Shown here in pieces: positions 13,182 through 16,684 of a stretch of DNA of 16,684 nt. The notes under the pieces are model-generated. The model saw only the letters and a list, made by a program, of their open reading frames with translations. It did no database searches and was not told where the DNA came from. This DNA is from a bacterium (GTDB lineage Bacteria > JAHJDO01): contig JBDRTG010000003.1 of the NCBI GenBank assembly GCA_043824255.1, forward strand, positions 1 to 16,684. The letters run 5' to 3'. The translations under genes and the position numbers were made by a program. Position 1 is the stretch's first letter. Every line of letters starts with the position of its first letter.

Positions 13182-14062
13182 ATCAATTACTTGACCAGTT
13201 TATAGATTATCTTTCAGTAGAACGAGGGCTCTCTGCTAACACATTAGAGGCTTACACGAGAGATTTAACTAAATTCTTAGGTTTTTTGGATAGAGAATCT
13301 AGTGTCAGCATAGAAGGTGTAGGTCCAAGAGATATAATAGCCTATCTTATTTATCTTAGAAAAAGCAAGCTTGCCATACGTTCCATTTCAAGAAATCTAG
13401 TTGCTGTAAGAATGTTTTATAAATTCCTGGTTAATGAAGATGTAATAAACGATGACCCTACTCTAAATTTAGATTCTCCAAAAACGGGTTTGTTTTTACC
13501 GGAAGTGCTTTCTCAGGATGAAGTAGAGAGATTATTAGCTTTACCGAATAATAAAGAACAGGGAATAAAAGATAAAGCAATACTTGAGCTTCTTTATGCT
13601 ACAGGTATGAGAGTATCAGAGCTTGTCAATCTTCCTATTGATAATATAGATTTGCATGAGGGTTATCTGAAGTGTATTGGCAAGGGCTCAAAGGAGCGAA
13701 TTATACCTGTTGGCAGAAAAGCTCAAAAAGCTGTAAAAAAATACATAGATGCAGTAAGAAGCAAATATGTTGCCAGAGGTAACAGCAATATGCTTTTCAT
13801 AACCCGGCTTGGCAGAAGATATACAAGACAGGGGATATGGAAAACAATAAAGAAATACTCCGTATTAATGGACATGAATAAAGAGATAACAGTTCACACA
13901 TTAAGGCACTGTTTTGCTACGCATCTTCTCTCCCATGGCGCGGATCTAAGGTCTGTTCAGGAAATGCTTGGGCATGTGGATATTTCCACCACACAAATTT
14001 ACACTCACATAGACAGAGCCCGCCTCAGGGAAGTTCATCAGAAATTTCATCCAAGAGGGTAG
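13178..14062 (+). CDS. xerD: Site-specific tyrosine recombinase XerD
   Basis: N-terminal ERGLSANTLEAYTRDL, then LPEVLS, ELLYATGMRVSEL, GKGSKER, TRQG.W, HTLRH.FATHLL..GADLRSVQEMLGH, TTQIYTH and C-terminal HPRG. The R-K-H-R-H-Y catalytic set is intact. There is no IntI-specific insertion before HxLRH. Confidence 0.93.
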
Positions 14063-14073
14063 TCTGCATTGTC

Positions 14074-14102
14074 TTGTTAAAGCGTAATAAATTGGGTATA
14101 AT
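14074..14102 (+). promoter_or_regulatory. Putative sigma70 promoter reading into the gene cassette
   Basis: TTGTTA (14074-14079), 17 nt, TATAAT (14097-14102). Confidence 0.55.
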
Positions 14103-14166
14103 TAAAACAGTTTTATAACAAGGAAATACGTGTATTTTATATATTAATTGTTAGACATAAAAATAA

Positions 14167-14940
14167 ATGAATACCAAAAACGAAATAAAACAACCACCCT
14201 TAGCGCCTCAAAAGAAAGAATGTAGAGAGTGTGGGCAAGAAATTAGCATCAAAGCTAAAAAATGCTATCACTGTGGTAGTCACCAGGCAAAATGGAAAAA
14301 TCTATTATTGTATATACCTTATGTTATCTCAATAGGAATGATGGTGATTGCCGTCGTTCAAGTTAATGAAGCAAAAAAAGAGCGGAGTGATGCTTCGCAA
14401 GCACTACGAGAGATAGATGGAATGAAAAATATAATTACCTCAGTAGTGAGGGGTGTTCGTGAAAGTGAAAAGAATATTTCCAAGTTAGAAAAAGATATGC
14501 AAAGAAAAACAGAACAGGTAGAAAAAAGGGTAACTGCGTTGCAAAAAGCTATTGATGAAGCTGCTTTACAAACTTCTAAGGCTTTACCGGCTAGGGAAGA
14601 ATCAAAACTTGAATACTCCACACATTCCGTTCAAAAAACAAGTGAAGGTATACAAACAATAATATCTTTTAAATCATCTACAAATTTACCTCTTGGAAGA
14701 GTAGAATTTTCTATCGAGATCGAAGGAAAAACAGATGCAAAGATTCTTTCGATTAACCCAGCCGAGGGTGTATCATTTGCTGTTATAAGCAGAATAGAAA
14801 GAGATGGTAAAAAAGGGCATTTAAGTTATGTCTCCGCAGGTTCTTCTTCGCCAAAAATTGAGATAAAACTTTCGGCTCCAACAAAATTGACAATTCAAGG
14901 GAAACCAGAATTAGATTCTTTTGGATTAGATATTAAATAA
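14167..14940 (+). CDS. Hypothetical membrane-anchored protein: N-terminal Zn ribbon, one TM helix, coiled coil, beta-rich C-terminal domain
   Basis: CRECG-x9-CYHCG, hydrophobic LLLYIPYVISIGMMVIAVV, a charged helical stretch (about residues 66-135), then alternating beta-strand patterns. It fills the space between the two core sites. Confidence 0.8.
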   Translation: MNTKNEIKQPPLAPQKKECRECGQEISIKAKKCYHCGSHQAKWKNLLLYIPYVISIGMMVIAVVQVNEAKKERSDASQALREIDGMKNIITSVVRGVRESEKNISKLEKDMQRKTEQVEKRVTALQKAIDEAALQTSKALPAREESKLEYSTHSVQKTSEGIQTIISFKSSTNLPLGRVEFSIEIEGKTDAKILSINPAEGVSFAVISRIERDGKKGHLSYVSAGSSSPKIEIKLSAPTKLTIQGKPELDSFGLDIK

Positions 14941-14943
14941 AAT

Positions 14944-14998
14944 GTCTAACAATTCAATCCAGCGGACTGTTCTCGCGCTTCGCGCGAGCCCAGCCGCT
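14944..14998 (+). other. attC (59-be) recombination site, 3'-truncated
   Basis: R'' GTCTAAC, 5-nt spacer AATTC, L''-like AATCCAGC. Stem AGCGG(A)CTG (14961-14969) / CAGCCGCT (14991-14998) with one unpaired base. Apical CTCGCGC-TTC-GCGCGAG (14972-14988). The expected GATT-N5/6-GTTRRRY is replaced by TTAAATGTAGAA. Confidence 0.8.
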
Positions 14999-15092
14999 TT
15001 AAATGTAGAATTAAAAAAAAGAGATGGCTAATTTATCCCGAATTTACTTCAACCGACTGAATGGATCATAATCCTATTTTATTATATCAAAA

Positions 15093-16352
15093 ATGAGCCT
15101 TGTATTTAGGTATGGATATCCCAAGTTTTTTTTATTTTTTCTTTTCTTAGTTTTAATTTTTATTACCATAGAGCAACCCGCCTATTCTAATGAATTTGTA
15201 ATTAACGTCACAGGAAATAAAAGAACAAAAACAAAATTTATTCGTGATTTGGTAGAAGAATATCTAACTGATGATAATATAACGAATATTTCGGAAGTAG
15301 ATGAAAAGAATTTAAAAGAACATATTTATAACACTAAACTTTTTTCAGAAGTAGATATTGCTATAGAAGAGGAAAAAATCAATGTTGCAATTAAAGAACG
15401 CTGGACACTAATTTCAATTCCATTTTTCGCAACTAGTGGAGATGAGGATACAAAGTTTGGTTTTTTTATTTTAGAAAGAAATTTTTTAGGTTATGGAAAA
15501 GCAGTATCATTGGGAACCATGCTTTCAGAGGATCAAGAGAGTTACTTTGTTATGTATGGGGATAAATCAGTTTTAAGCTCAAATTGGACGTTAATGACTA
15601 ATATAGGTAAGTCTGATAATAATTATTACATCTATAAGGGCGAAGATAAAATATATGGCATTAACCAGGAATCAGAAAATTTGAATCTCTCTGTTGGCTA
15701 TAAATTTTCTAACTCCTTTAGAAGTGAAATAGGGATAGAAGGCAGAAAAAATATTTATCATCAATTAGAAACATATTCAGTCCTTAATGATTATGAGACA
15801 ATGATATCCAGTCTTAATCTTCGTTGGGATTTTTCTAATTATCGTTTATATTTTCAAGAAGGAATTAGGGCAAATGTAGGCCTAAAACATCAGGTATATA
15901 GAGATGATAAGGTAGATAATTATTATGGCTTTTTAACAAATTTAAGCTGGCAGAAGCAGTTGTTTGAAAATAATGTGTTACAGGCTCTTGTAAAAGGTTC
16001 ATATATTGAAGATGGAGATGAAAGGGATGATCTCCGTATTGGCGGTACCAGCGGATTCCGTGGGATATTCAGTAGTGGAGTATGGGTGAAAGGATATTTA
16101 ACTGGTTCATTGGATTATCAGATACCTCTGAAATTTTCTAAATATGGTACATGGACGATTGCTCCCTTTTGTGATATAGGTTATTTAAGAAAAAGATTCC
16201 CTGAAAAGGATACTGAACTATACGTTGCATCTGGCCTAGGAACATATTTTTACTTAAAAAATATTGCAATTCCTGGAGCAGGTCTCCAAGTTGGGCATAA
16301 TACTAAATATGAGGAGATATTCTTCAAATTTAGCATTGGCTTTACTTTTTAA
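15093..16352 (+). CDS. Omp85 (BamA/TamA) family outer-membrane beta-barrel protein with a single POTRA domain
   Basis: Signal-peptide-like N-terminus ending AYS. POTRA pattern INVTGNKRTKTKFI...LFSEVDI...VAIKERW, first-strand motif ERNFLGYG, lid-loop-like IGGTSGFRG, amphipathic strands and C-terminal FSIGFTF. Confidence 0.82.
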   Translation: MSLVFRYGYPKFFLFFLFLVLIFITIEQPAYSNEFVINVTGNKRTKTKFIRDLVEEYLTDDNITNISEVDEKNLKEHIYNTKLFSEVDIAIEEEKINVAIKERWTLISIPFFATSGDEDTKFGFFILERNFLGYGKAVSLGTMLSEDQESYFVMYGDKSVLSSNWTLMTNIGKSDNNYYIYKGEDKIYGINQESENLNLSVGYKFSNSFRSEIGIEGRKNIYHQLETYSVLNDYETMISSLNLRWDFSNYRLYFQEGIRANVGLKHQVYRDDKVDNYYGFLTNLSWQKQLFENNVLQALVKGSYIEDGDERDDLRIGGTSGFRGIFSSGVWVKGYLTGSLDYQIPLKFSKYGTWTIAPFCDIGYLRKRFPEKDTELYVASGLGTYFYLKNIAIPGAGLQVGHNTKYEEIFFKFSIGFTF

Positions 16353-16432
16353 ATAAAAACATATAACAGAAAAAGAATAAGGGACGCTATGCTCATCGGT
16401 GTTGTGGTAATTAACCGTATCGGAACATCTCA

Positions 16433-16461
16433 TTGCTAAATCAACGAAAATTTGCTACAAT
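16433..16461 (+). promoter_or_regulatory. Putative sigma70 promoter with extended -10
   Basis: TTGCTA (16433-16438), 17 nt, TACAAT (16456-16461), with TGn immediately upstream of the -10. AGGAGGTGA follows at 16484-16492. Confidence 0.5.
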
Positions 16462-16616
16462 TCTATACTGAGAAAGCAAGAAGAGGAGGTGATTGAATAA
16501 GTTAATAGTTTGTATCAAAGTTTTTAATCGGGCAAGACAGTCAAACAAAAAGAGTCCTGCAAAATAGGAAATTAAAGAAAGATAGAAGAAGAGAAGTAGA
16601 ATAAAAAGAGATAAAA

Positions 16617-16684
16617 ATGCACATTAAAAGCAGAGAAAAGGATTTGGATAGATTTATGGAAGAAATTAGGCGATTTAAGACATA
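16617..16684 (+). CDS. Possible start of a CDS running off the window (MHIKSREKDLDRFMEEIRRFKT...)
   Basis: ATG at 16617 with an open frame to the window end, downstream of the putative promoter. Only 22 codons are visible and the next codon begins TA, so it could be a stop. Confidence 0.2.
   Translation, partial: MHIKSREKDLDRFMEEIRRFKT

Larger units (their letters stand above)
14150..14998 (+). mobile_element. Integron-type gene cassette with truncated attC (probably immobilised)
   Basis: Core site GTTAGAC (GTTRRRY, 14150-14156) lies 10 nt before the ATG. Inverse core GTCTAAC (RYYYAAC, 14944-14950) lies 3 nt after the stop. The two are exact reverse complements over 9 bp. An attC-like hairpin follows. 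Confidence 0.8.

Noticed and set aside
14129..14156. dif site next to xerD
   Set aside because: The best alignment AATTGTTAGAC matches the XerD arm TTATGTTAAAT at only 6 of 11 positions, with no credible XerC arm. The GTTAGAC is better explained as a cassette core site.
15024..15071. 15-codon ORF MANLSRIYFNRLNGS upstream of the Omp85 gene
   Set aside because: Too short, with only a weak RBS and no other support.
16561..16616. Strongly purine-rich tract
   Set aside because: Low complexity with no periodic repeat or structure, and no CRISPR-like repeat-spacer pattern here or elsewhere in the window.

Overview
Chromosomal DNA from an AT-rich diderm (LPS-making), probably anaerobic bacterium. 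It contains the 3' part of a 23S rRNA gene and a 5S rRNA gene, then a tightly packed + strand run of 13 housekeeping genes: kdsA, kdsD, NAD kinase, a 2x[4Fe-4S] ferredoxin, a GT-C type membrane glycosyltransferase, the alpha, beta and gamma subunits of a Vor-type 2-oxoacid:ferredoxin oxidoreductase, a heptose-7-P kinase, a metallophosphoesterase, ligA, an MBL-fold hydrolase and xerD. An accessory-looking segment follows xerD. Its best-supported unexpected feature is an integron-type gene cassette (14150-14998). An unknown Zn-ribbon/TM/coiled-coil ORF is bracketed by exactly complementary core sites (GTTAGACAT ... ATGTCTAAC) and followed by an attC hairpin that has lost its L' and R' boxes. The cassette lies behind a near-consensus sigma70 promoter, and no intI is present in the window (the adjacent recombinase is a plain XerD). 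A compact single-POTRA Omp85-family gene follows. All calls come from motif reading; no searches were run.
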